DNA of 64,000 nt from Octopus bimaculoides (taxonomy: Eukaryota). This document shows positions 27,489 through 39,232 of this stretch, piece by piece (the stretch's first letter is position 1; each line of letters begins with the position of its first letter). The stretch spans positions 45,314,979 through 45,378,978 of the forward strand of contig NC_068986.1 in assembly GCF_001194135.2 (NCBI RefSeq). The letters are read 5' to 3'. The notes under the pieces are model-generated. The model was given only the letters and a program-made list of their open reading frames with translations, did no database searches and was not told the origin of the DNA. The position numbers and the translations under genes were made by a program.

Positions 27489-27812
27489 GGCGTAGGAGTG
27501 GCTGTGTGGTAAGTAGCTTGCTTACCAACCACATGGTCCCGGGTTCAGTCCCACTGCGTGGCACCTTGGGCAAGTGTCTTCTACTATAGCCTCGGGCCGA
27601 CCAAAGCCTTGTGAGTGGATTTGGTAGACGGAAACTGAAAAGAAGCACATCGTATATGTATATGTATGTGTTTGTGTGTCTGTGTTTGTCCCCCCAACAT
27701 CACTTGACAACCGATGCTGGTGTGTTTATGTCCCCCGTAAGTTAGCGGTTCGGCAAAAGAGACCGATAGAATAAGTACTAGGCTTCTAGTAAAAGAGTAA
27801 AAAGAGAAAAGA
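27489..27812 (+). mobile_element. SINE family A, internally deleted near the tail
   Basis: Head ggcgtaggagtggctgtgtggtaagtagc; tail gtaaaagagtaaaagag. Confidence 0.9.
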
Positions 27813-28522
27813 GTATATAGGTCAAATGACCTTTTAGAGATTCCATCATTGTGGTAGAGTTAGTTCACTGCCATTAAGTCATGGCAACATTGTAAAATAT
27901 ATGAATGCATTTGTTGATTTTAAGTGCCGTATTCACCTCTTCTTGCAGACATGAACAGAGACACATCACATGGGAGTACAATGTTATGACATTTTCAGAC
28001 AGTTATTGATAATATCAGTTACATCTTACACAGAATTTTCTCAAAGCTGACAGTTGCTGTCAGACCTAGATATTTTAACTAAAATTTAATTTTTGTTCTT
28101 GATGTAATTTACAAGACATCTCATTCTAAAGCATACCCCTCAAAATAGAGTAGCAATATCTTCAAGAAATTTTCATAAAATGTCAAGAGATTTGATGCTG
28201 AAGAATCCAGATTTCTTTGTACACATTATGAAATGAATTTAAACATTATAAAGCCACATTATCAGCTTAATGTGAATGCAAACACATTCATTCTATGCTA
28301 CAGATGTGTAGAAAAAAAGAGAGAGGGAATTTACTGACAGTTTCCCAATAAGTTAACTGATCCTCAGAAAAGATCAGAAAAAATCTTCAGATCAGCTGCT
28401 ATATAAAGCAGTCATAAATCAGCTTAGTACTATAGTGGATGGTCACTACACTCAACCACCATACTACTTATGAACTTTACACACAGAACACAGGATGATA
28501 CAAACTGTTCTATATACCATTT

Positions 28523-28750
28523 ATTTACTCTTTTACTTGTTTCAGTCATAAGACTGCGGCCATGCTGGAGCACCGCCTTTAGTCGAGAAAATCGACCCCC
28601 AGGACTTATTCTTTGTAAGCCTAGTACTTATTCTATCGGTCTCGTTTTGCCGAACCACTAAGTTACGGGGATGTAAACACACCAGCATCGGTTGTCAATG
28701 CTGTGGGGTGGGGGACAAACACAGACACACAAACACACACACACACATAT
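28523..28750 (-). mobile_element. SINE family A, 3' portion
   Basis: Inverted relative to the 27489 copy. Confidence 0.85.
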
Positions 28751-28805
28751 ATATATAACACTATCCATATCACGTCCTCACTTTGTTGTTTTTTGTTTTT
28801 TTGAA

Positions 28806-28836
<31 letters not shown>

Positions 28837-30420
28837 NNNNNNNNNNNNNNNNNNNNNNNNNNNNNNNNNNNNNNNNNNNNNNNNNNNNNNNNNNNNNNNN
28901 NNNNNNNNNNNNNNNNNNNNNNNNNNNNNNNNNNNNNNNNNNNNNNNNNNNNNNNNNNNNNNNNNNNNNNNNNNNNNNNNNNNNNNNNNNNNNNNNNNNN
29001 NNNNNNNNNNNNNNNNNNNNNNNNNNNNNNNNNNNNNNNNNNNNNNNNNNNNNNNNNNNNNNNNNNNNNNNNNNNNNNNNNNNNNNNNNNNNNNNNNNNN
29101 NNNNNNNNNNNNNNNNNNNNNNNNNNNNNNNNNNNNNNNNNNNNNNNNNNNNNNNNNNNNNNNNNNNNNNNNNNNNNNNNNNNNNNNNNNNNNNNNNNNN
29201 NNNNNNNNNNNNNNNNNNNNNNNNNNNNNNNNNNNNGTGCCACCTGCACAAGAGCCAGTCCAGCGTCACTGGCAACGACCTCTCTCGAATGTATTATAAC
29301 GTGCCACCAGCACAGGTGCCAGCAAGGCGACGCTGGTAATGATCACGCTCAAATGGTGCTATTTATGTGTAACTGGCACGGAAGCCAGACAGCTGCTCTG
29401 GCAATGATCACGCTCGGACAGTGCTGTTAGTGCTCCACTGGCACAGGTGCCAGTCATTGAATATGGTTCAATTACGATTTCGATTTCACTTGCCCCAACA
29501 GGTCTTCGCAAGCAGAGTTTAATGTCCAATGAAGGTGAGGTTGGCATGGGTGCCAGTCGTTGAATTTGGTTCGATTTCGATTAGAACTAGCACTACCAAA
29601 TCTACCAGCCTTTCTTAATTCGCCAGTAACATCAAAGGACATCATACAATGTCTTGGCATTGTACTCCCATGAGATTTATCTCTGTCCACATACCTGCAG
29701 GAAGAGGTGAATGCGGCACTTAAAACCAAAGAAGAAATCTGGATTCTTCTTGAGCATTAAATCTATTGACATTTTGTGAGAATTTCTTAAAGATACTACT
29801 ACTCCATTTTGAGGGATATACTTTAGAATTCCTTTCACATACTTAACAACATAAAAGTACTGTGAACCAATAAGAATTAATGTGTGGTTACTCAGCCAGC
29901 TAGAAGTAGTAGTAAAATCCCATCATACCATCTGAAAAAGAAGAATGCAACACTGGATAAAGAAATTGCAGATACACTTGGTGCTGATATATCTAGGATT
30001 TGCTTATTCAATTTGCTAGTGCCACAAAAAAGGGTAAGTATTACAGTTTGTAAAGTGGTTGGCATTAAAAAGGGTATCCGGCCACAGAAACTATGCAGAA
30101 AAAGACATTGGTGCATCATGCACTTGTCTGATCATTAGACACTGTTAAATTGCAGCCCATGAAAGCCAGATGTTAGATAATTATGATGATGATGGTTAGG
30201 TTAAAATGAAAACCAGGATAGTCCATGACCTTTGATCATTATATCAGTCTGTATTAAGTGAAAACCTGGGAAATGCACAACATCAGCAAGATTATGAACA
30301 GATCACACAGAAAAAAATGAAGAACAATTTGAATGAGCATTGAGAAAATTTCTTTGAAGCATTGTTAGATATGAATATGAATATGAAAAATTTATATGAT
30401 GTGAATATATATATATACAT

Positions 30421-30650
30421 ATATACTTTATTTAAAAGCAGCACTAATATAACAAAAAACTGTTACTCTGAGTTTCACGTTCCCGTTCATCGGACAGTCC
30501 GATGAACGGGAACGTGAAACTCAGAGTAACAGTTTTTTGTTATATTTCTGCTGCTTTTAAATAAAGCATATTACTCTACCTCTGGTATTTGAGTACTTTT
30601 TTTCCACCTTGTTGCACATTTCATGTGCTTACTCCGGTATATACATATAT
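30421..30650. ncRNA. Type I minimal hammerhead ribozyme motif present twice, head-to-head, in a 75-bp inverted repeat (Penelope-like pseudo-LTR remnant)
   Basis: Each arm reads CCGATGA-acg(ggaa)cgt-GAA-ACTC(A)GAGT-A|acagt. The core has a U4C variant, stem II is 3 bp with a GGAA loop, stem III is palindromic and the cleavage triplet is GUA. Arms 30446-30495 and 30497-30546 are perfect complements. AATAAA at 30560. Confidence 0.8.
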
Positions 30651-30844
30651 ATACATATATGTGAGAGAAAGAGCATAACAGACAATATCCCTTCTCAACA
30701 TCAGCATATGACTCACAAATATACATAGATTACAAGCAGGTAATACAATTGAGCAACAAAAAGAGACAGCAATGCAAGTAATATATTAGACACTATATGG
30801 TTATGCCCAGTCTTATCTGGGTACCTCAGACAATCCAGAAGAAA

Positions 30845-30895
<51 letters not shown>

Positions 30896-31575
30896 TGCAA
30901 TGAGTGAAAAAATAGTACACTTTGTATTGTTACATCCTGCACAAAGACTACTGAAACAAAAACATTTCAAAAATATGAAAAACTTCTTGTACATCTGAGA
31001 GACATAATTCTAAAATAGAAATAGGTCAAAATCAAACCGATAAACTGACTTGCAACTTGTTTGACAACCATTCATACAGAGATGAAAATTACATACACCA
31101 TACATATTATGTATACACATACACACACGAAATAAATGCAATTTAAATACATGCATATACAGTATATATANNNNNNNNNNNNNNNNNNNNNNNNNNNNNN
31201 NNNNNNNNNNNNNNNNNNNNNNNNNNNNNNNNNNNNNNNNNNNNNNNNNNNNNNNNNNNNNNNNNNNNNNNNNNNNNNNNNNNNNNNNNNNNNNNNNNNN
31301 NNNNNNNNNNNNNNNNNNNNNNNNNNNNNNNNNNNNNNNNNNNNNNNNNNNNNNNNNNNNNNNNNNNNNNNNNNNNNNNNNNNNNNNNNNNNNNNNNNNN
31401 NNNNNNNNNNNNNNNNNNNNNNNNNNNNNNNNNNNNNNNNNNNNNNNNNNNNNNNNNNNNNNNNNNNNNNNNNNNNNNNNNNNNNNNNNNNNNNNNNNNN
31501 NNNNNNNNNNNNNNNNNNNNNNNNNNNNNNNNNNNNNNNNNNNNNNNNNNNNNNNNNNNNNNNNNNNNNNNNNNN

Positions 31576-31616
<41 letters not shown>

Positions 31617-31668
31617 AAGAAAACAAACATGGAGACAGTGGTGTTAACAAATGTTTATTATCAATAAC

Positions 31669-31892
31669 AAATCAATCATTATCCCTTACAGCTGTTTCAA
31701 TTAATACTCAATGAATTAAATATTAAATTCCTATGCTCTGAGAATAATATCTTCAAAGGGGGAAAAAAATATACCCTTAGATGTTTTGACTGAATTCCTT
31801 ATTCAGTATGATATAATGAATCCATAAACACACATGTGAATTTAATTGACTGAGTATTAATAGAAACAGCTGTAAGGGATAATGATTGATTT
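31669..31892 (-). ncRNA. Degenerate type I hammerhead motif with extended stem II, plus an inverted partial copy
   Basis: Minus strand: ccct-TTGAAGA(31766-31760)-tattattctca...tgagtattaatt-GAA-ACAGCTGT-A|agggat. The 53-bp inverted arms 31669-31721 and 31840-31892 have 3 mismatches. Confidence 0.6.
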
Positions 31893-32419
31893 ATTAACTT
31901 CACTGTATCCATTTTCTTTTTGTTCTTTTGACTGAAAAGAATAGAAAAAGTTTAAATTAATTCAAGCCCACTGGCTTATTAAGCTGAAACTTACCAGGGT
32001 TTCCTTGACACATAAAAGACTGAAAATCAAAACTATCACTTGAACAGGACATCAGTCTATTGCAGGATTAACTCCTCACTCCCACTTCAGTTGTTACTGG
32101 TACTCATTGACAGCTGAGAGAACTGAAGCAACGTAGAATGAAGTGCATTGTTCAAATACACAATGCACTGCCCTGTTCAAGAATCCTGTTGCCCTACAAT
32201 TATGAAGCTAACACTCAAATCGATATGTGACACTTTTATTCACACCCACACACGTTACATGTATATGAACTATGTATGGTCACTGGTTGGCAACAAAACC
32301 AACTCAACAAATGTCTTGTTTTCCTTTCTTTGTTAAACATCCAAATATAAAGAATTTTTGCCACTAGATGGCTGGTACATGATAATTAGAGACAGTAAGT
32401 AGTTAAGGAAATTAAATTT

Positions 32420-32660
32420 CCTTCCTGAGTCATATAAACTCATAGGGCTGGTTTCCCAGTTTCCATGGTATATATATTCCCTACCTGGATAGGATACCAG
32501 TCCATCGCAGGATTACTCATTTTTGCCAGCTAAGTGGGCTGGAACAACATGAAATGAAATGTTTTGCTCAAGAATATAATGAGTTTCCTGGTCCAGGAAT
32601 TGAAACCGCAATCTTATGCTCATGAGTCCAACACCCCAACCACTAAGCAATAACCTCCAC
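32420..32660 (-). mobile_element. tRNA-derived SINE family E
   Basis: Minus head ggaggttattgcttagtggttggggtgttggactcatgag...ggtttcaattcctgg; related fragments at about 6750-6890, 20320-20490, 31970-32170 and 40740-40900. Confidence 0.75.
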
Positions 32661-35600
32661 ATTACAGAGAGACATTGAATATTTTGTTTGGATTGAGTGA
32701 CAACAGCACACTAGAGACCAAATAATCTAATCTAAAACAGTGTGGAATGTTATCAAAGAGTAGTGGAAAGGTTGGGTTCTGACATTGATACATATACTAA
32801 TGTATTGGGTAACAGACTAATATAGCTTACTTTTGTTGTTGTTTTATAGCACTGAGTCAGTGCCGATCAAGCAGAATTATGATCAAAGATATGAGCCTCC
32901 CATCTTTATAGGGGTATTCTTTTATCCTTTTATTTACATACTGGTTCAGTCATTGGATTATAGCCATGCTAGGATATCACTTTCACAGGCTTTGGTCAAA
33001 AAATATATCTACCCTAGTACTTATTTAAGTTAGGTATTTATATTTATATAAGTGATCTCTATTTGCAAATCACCAGGTTACGTCTAACACAAAACATATT
33101 GTTACATGAACAGAAACATAGGCGCGTGTGCGAGTGCACCCCCCCCCCACACAGAGTCATCGTCATCAATATTTTAGGTCTGTTTCCCTTGATGGCATGT
33201 GTTGCACAGGTCGTCACAGCCTTAGTCAGTTCTCATTCAGAGTTGCTAATCTCCTAAACCATATCTTATGTGTGCACTTCAATTTGGTTTACTTTCTATG
33301 GCTTGATGGTCTTTCTAACACAAACCACTTTACTAAGTGCATTCTATCATGGCACTAATACTGGAGAGGTCGTCAAGTCCTTGTCAGGACTAAAAGGTCT
33401 TCTGGACCCCTCCCTTTATAAAGTGTACTAGAAGTATTTTATTGTAACAGTATCACTACAGAGAAGTTACCATGCCCTCAATAAGACAAAAGGATCTAGT
33501 CAACCCTCACTTTTCACTCACTTACCAACAACGGTGTAAAGTCTCCTGGGTGGATTTATAGTGACACCAATCTTAGTGTTGTTGCTTTGTATACTGTAAA
33601 ATTAGAAAGTCCTTGCTACTCTATGATATATTCATTCATTTAGGAAAGACTATGTGGCTTAGGAATGCAGTGAATACTGAACCTGAGTGGAAGTGTGAGT
33701 AATAGTGAATATCAGGGGGTTTTTTTTGTGGGATGGGGGAGAAGGAGAAGAAAATAAGAAGCAGCATGGATGATATGAAGTGTGGGTGGTGTGTGAGAGA
33801 TGCACAGTGCCAGGATGAGGCCAGAGGTGTACAGGGACAGAAACAGTGGGAGACAAATATAGGTGGTGATGCAGGGAGGAGGTCTGCCATTAGCAGAATG
33901 TAATGTACAGGTGAAAAGTGAAGGTAAGAGGGACATTAAGAGGAAAATAAGGTGGTAAGAGATCATACTGAAAATGCAAGAGACAAAGGAAGCCTGCATT
34001 CTTAATATCGTCGCTTACAGAGGATGCCCTATTTCTATATAATGACTGAATGGTTAACAATAGTAAACATAGCAACAATGCTAAAACAAATTTTGTTCCT
34101 ATAAACAACATTTCCTCTAATACCTTCGATGATATTATGCCAAATTGTTGAAGCACTAATTTTTCCTAGCAATGAAAATTAATTTCTGTACTGAACTGTT
34201 GAGTGCATGTACACCTGAACATATTGATTCTTCAGATTGGCACAAGGTCACAAATGCATATTGGAAGGGATAGAATTGATTGAATTATCCCCTTTTTGAA
34301 AAATGACTGGTTTTTAATTTATCGACATGGGAGAGATGTTAGAGTTTCATTCAGCAGGTTTTATAGTGAATAATATGGAGAGAGAGAGAGAGAGAGAGAG
34401 AGATCTAGACTATCAAGAGTAAACTATATACTGTGAGGTATTTCAATCTAACGTCCTACTGTTTGTTACATTACAATATCAGCAAAAATAGTTATTTTGT
34501 GTAGCTTATGGAGGCAAACCATTTGCATACTGTTTCCAATCTTTGCAGAACTACAAATTTGGCCAGTTATCCCCGTGAGATATAAGTAGTTCATTCCTTT
34601 TAAACACATGTACTTAATTGTCTGTGTACTGGTTAATTTTCTGTGGGTACTGGTAGCATAAAATATGTAAAGTACTTGCACAAATAAAGAAAACAATGTC
34701 CAATATGCAAAATGAAATAAAAAAAAATAAACCAACCCATTCCCCTTGTGATATTATGAAAATAACCAAAACGAATTTTTCTATTTTCCTTGTTCTTGTA
34801 GATACTCCTTTCTTTAACTGAGTAATATCACATAATACTGACTTCATAGATTGGCACAAGGCCATACATATTTAGAGAAAGAGTATAGTCAAATGGATCC
34901 ATACCAGTATAGTACAGATACTTAATTTACTGATCACAGTGGGACAAATGGCACAAACTGACAGAGGTACGATTTGAACTTTATGTGCAAAAAAACTAAG
35001 CAGTGTAGAGCACTCTAATATTTCTTACCACCACGTTCTTTGATATTGTATATCATTTTATAATGAAACATTGTTTAGACTAAAACTATAAATATCTTTG
35101 ATCTCACTAAATCATCTTGAAGATCATAATTTGACATAGTAATCTAACTGTAGTTAAGACTGAAATGATAAGATGCTGACAAGTTCAGCAATAATTAATT
35201 TATCATTTTTTTTTTTATTACTAAACAAGTTTTTTAATGTTCAATATGACCTATATGAAGAAGGTGGAGAGATGACAGAATAAGATATTTATTGAGCTAA
35301 ATGTATTTAGTTCTATTCCATTTAATTTCGAGTTGAAGTCCTATTGGTGCATCTTTGACACTTCTGGATTATTTCTGAAGGCAAATTTAGTCAACTATAC
35401 CCTTACATTACACACTTGTTGCTTTCTGTCATTGACAGCAATCTATATTAATGAGATGAAGAAGGGTGGAGAGAGATGACAGAAAGTGTAGAACATTGAA
35501 TTAAATAAAATACCTAACAGTATTAATCCTGCTATATTCTGTGTTGAAATTTCATCAAGATCAACATTTCATTTTAGCATTCAAGAGTCAACAAAATAAA

Positions 35601-35662
35601 CACCATTAATTTACAGAGATCATTTAAATTGAATATCTTCCACCACTAATAAAAATATCATA

Positions 35663-35759
35663 TATAGCCTTAAGATAACTTAGGGCTATGAATATAACCT
35701 TAAGTTATCTCAAAGCTATATTCATAAAGAGTATAGTCTTAAAATAACTCAAGGCTATA
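35663..35759. repeat. Three diverged 28-bp palindromes, consensus TATAGCCTTAAG-ATAA-CTTAAGGCTATA
   Basis: Units at 35663-35690, 35693-35720 (inverted) and 35732-35759. Confidence 0.85.
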
Positions 35760-36543
35760 TGGAAAATGCATCAGCACCTACTACAATATACAAACAAAAG
35801 AAATATTTGACCCAATATTAATTTAAAAATTAATCAATGAAAATAAAAAGGATTTTTTTTCTACATAAGTGCAGGCCCTGCTGTGTGGCTACGAAATTCA
35901 CTTTGGAACCAAATAGCTCTGGATTCACTTCTACTGTCCAGCACTGTACTATAGTTTTGGTTTGAGCAATATCTTGTGAGTAGATATGACAGGTGTAGGC
36001 AAGGCTATAGCATAAGTATGGTTGTGTGCTTAGGAGTTTGCTTTGCAACCTTGAGGTTTTTAGTTCAATCTTTCAATATGATACTTCAGGCAAATGTCTG
36101 CTATTATAGCCCTGAGTCAACGAAAGCCTTGTGAATAGAGGTAATGTGGCCGATGCTGGTGTCATGTAATTAGCACCTGTGTTGGTGGCATGTAAAAAGC
36201 ACCTTTCGAGCATTGAGTTTCACAGAGAGAATGACAAATAACTGAGACCTTTGACAATATGCCGTGCTTGAGTAGAAGACCCATCAAGTCAAGTGAAATC
36301 GTAGTCGTGGCAAATGCTGGAGTCATGCAACTGGCACCCATACTGGTGGCATGTAAAAGCACCCATTACACTCTCAGAGTGGTTAGCGTTAAGAAGGGCA
36401 TCCAGCCACGGTCAAACTGTTCAACCCATGTCAGCATGGACAATAGATGTTAAATGATAATGATGATGATGATATATATATATCACTGGTGGCACTCCAG
36501 CATAGCAATAGCCTTAGGGCTGAAATGTAAAAAAAGATTAAAA

Positions 36544-36579
<36 letters not shown>

Positions 36580-36699
36580 ATTTTTCCAGAGGATGTAGCA
36601 ACCGTTACCAATATAGCATAAGAACTTATATCGAATTTGAAGTCNNNNNNNNNNAGTCTCTGTCTCTTTTGAATATGAATATTTAAAAGTTTAAAAACC

Positions 36700-36767
<68 letters not shown>

Positions 36768-37628
36768 TATAGTATGTGTGTATGATCATGTCTCCTTGTC
36801 TTGATATCATGTACTAGTTGTAAGCATGCATCACCTTCAAAAGTGGTGTCGTTTGTTTGCAACCTTTGATGAAAACATGCTCAGTCATTATGCTGTTTGC
36901 ATTTGAAAGCAAGAAGGAATGTAACCTTTCTTAGACACAGGTGAAGGTTAATGACAAGAAGAACATCCAGCCTCAGAAAATCTGCCTCATGGAAAAGTGA
37001 ATGTTAAAAAAACATGATAATGATGATGATGATGATGATGGTGATGATGATCACATATTAAGTTTGAAACTTCATTATTTGATAATCCAAGTTTAACATA
37101 TTGAATCATTGTCTAAAGATTAGAAACATGAAGTTTGCAGTGTACTTTTTGTCCCTCCTTATTCATGCAATTCTTTGTGTCAAACAGATACGTATGTGCA
37201 TGCATGTGTGTGTGCGTGTGCATGTTTGTGTACAAGTCTGTGCTTTTTATGTTGTGCCTTTTATATCATATAACTTAGCACTTCAACAAATAGATCTTGA
37301 TAAAAGAAGCAACTACCAGACTGAAATTGATATAAAAATTGACTAAACCCTCGAATGAAGTTCAAGGAGTAAATCTAGCAAAAGAAGAAAATACATATAT
37401 TGCCAATATCTGAATGCATCTTGTATTACCAAGTATTATAGCAACCAATAATATTTGAAAGAAAATCTGTTGCTAAGTTACTTATCAGTGTGAACATATT
37501 TCTCTTGGATTTTGTTTTCTATGTAACTGATTTTGCTTTCCATACAACCCACAGTTCTCATCATATAACCAAATAACTTAGCAAGCAAAAAATAAATTAA
37601 CAAAGTAAAACTTCTGTAAACAAAAAAC

Positions 37629-38161
37629 AGGCATGGCTGTGTGGTAAGAAGCTTGCTTCCTAACCACATAGTTCTAGGTTCAGTCCCACAGCATGGCACC
37701 TTGGGCAAGTGTCTTCTACTATAGCCTAGGACTGACCAAAGCCTTGTGAGTGGATTTGGTAGATGGAAACTGACAGAAGCCAGGCATAGGAGTGGCTGTG
37801 TGGTAAGTAGCTTGCTTACCAATGACATGGTTCTGGGTTCAGTCCCACTGTGTGGCACTTTAGGCAAGTGTCTTCTGCTATAGCCTTGGGCCCATCAAGG
37901 CCTTGTAAGTGGATTTGGTAGACAGAAACTGAAAGAAGCCCATCATGTATATATGTTTGTGTGTCTGTGTTTGTCCCCACCACCATTGTTTGACAACCAA
38001 TGCTAGTGTGTTTATGCCCCCCCGTAACTTAGTGGTTCAGCAAAAGAAACCAATAAAATAAGTATTAGGCTTACAAAGAATAAGTTTTGGGCTTGATTTG
38101 TTTGACTGAAGGCAATGCTCCAGCATGACCACAGTCAAATGACTGAAACAAAAGAGATAAA

Positions 38162-38206
<45 letters not shown>

Positions 38207-38430
38207 TGTGTGTCTTTGTATCTGTGTTTATTCCCACACCATCGCTTGATAACTGGTGTTGGTGTGTTTATGTCCCTGTAACTTAGCAGTTCGACAAAAG
38301 AGACTGATAGAATAAATACTAAGCTTAAGAAATAAATCCTGGGGTTGATTTGTTCGACTAAAACCCTTCAAGGTGGTGCTCCAGCATGGCCACAATCAAA
38401 TATCTGAAATAAGTAAAAGAATAAAAACTA
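37629..38430 (+). mobile_element. Composite SINE family A (two heads, two tails)
   Basis: Heads at about 37629 and 37782; body/tail segments end at about 38165 and 38430. Confidence 0.8.
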
Positions 38431-38979
38431 AAACTTCTCTAAAAAAAAAAAAAAATGCTTATCATTAGTGCTGGTGGCAGTCATGGTAACATTGGCAATG
38501 TCATTATGGTCCCCATCACCAAAATAATTTTATTATCAACTGTTCATGCTTGCATGGGTCAGATGGAATTTGCTGAGGCAGATTTTCTATGAGCAGATGC
38601 TCTTCTCATCAGCAGCCTTCACCCGTTTCCAAGTAAGGTAGTATTTTCTCCTAATCTATTTAAGTTTTCATAGAAAACTGCAAACAAACATCACTGCTTG
38701 TATGGCAGTGTTGTTTTCTATACAATTAGTGCACAATGTTAAGACAGGAAGATAGAAACACACGCAGGCTTGTACACACACACACACTTATTAGTAGAGA
38801 ATCTGTTTATATAAGTTTTACAAGAAGAGAGGCGACAGTATCTTTGAAGTTTTGGCCTGCTAACTTTTGTTGGACAGTCTGACAAAGGCTAGCGGGCGGA
38901 GACTTTGAAGCAGCCACTCTTACCTATATTCTGGTAAAAGTTTAGCAAACAGTCAGACATACGTACATACATTACATAC

Positions 38980-39232
38980 ATACATACATACATGGTGGTT
39001 GTCTACTTACACAGAGTTTGACCACCTCCTGCACCTACACCTTAGCCCTTTCATGGCGTCTGATGTGGCTTTTTAAACCAGACAATGTTTTGAAAAAACA
39101 CCCACACAGATTGCACCTCTGATTTGCACTACCAATACCTGCAGGTAAGTTCTGCTCATTGTGGATCCTAACATGTCTTTTAAGACCCCCATTGGATTTG
39201 CAAGCCCTCTGGCACACACCACATTCAAACGT
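38980..39232 (-). mobile_element. 3' end of an RTE-like LINE encoding two C2H2 fingers, (ATGT)n tail
   Basis: FECGVCQRACKSNGGLKRHVRIH...CNLCGCFFKTLSGLKSHIRRHERAKV* (39229-39035), short 3' UTR, flanked by ATGT repeats, no TGEKP linker. Confidence 0.65.
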
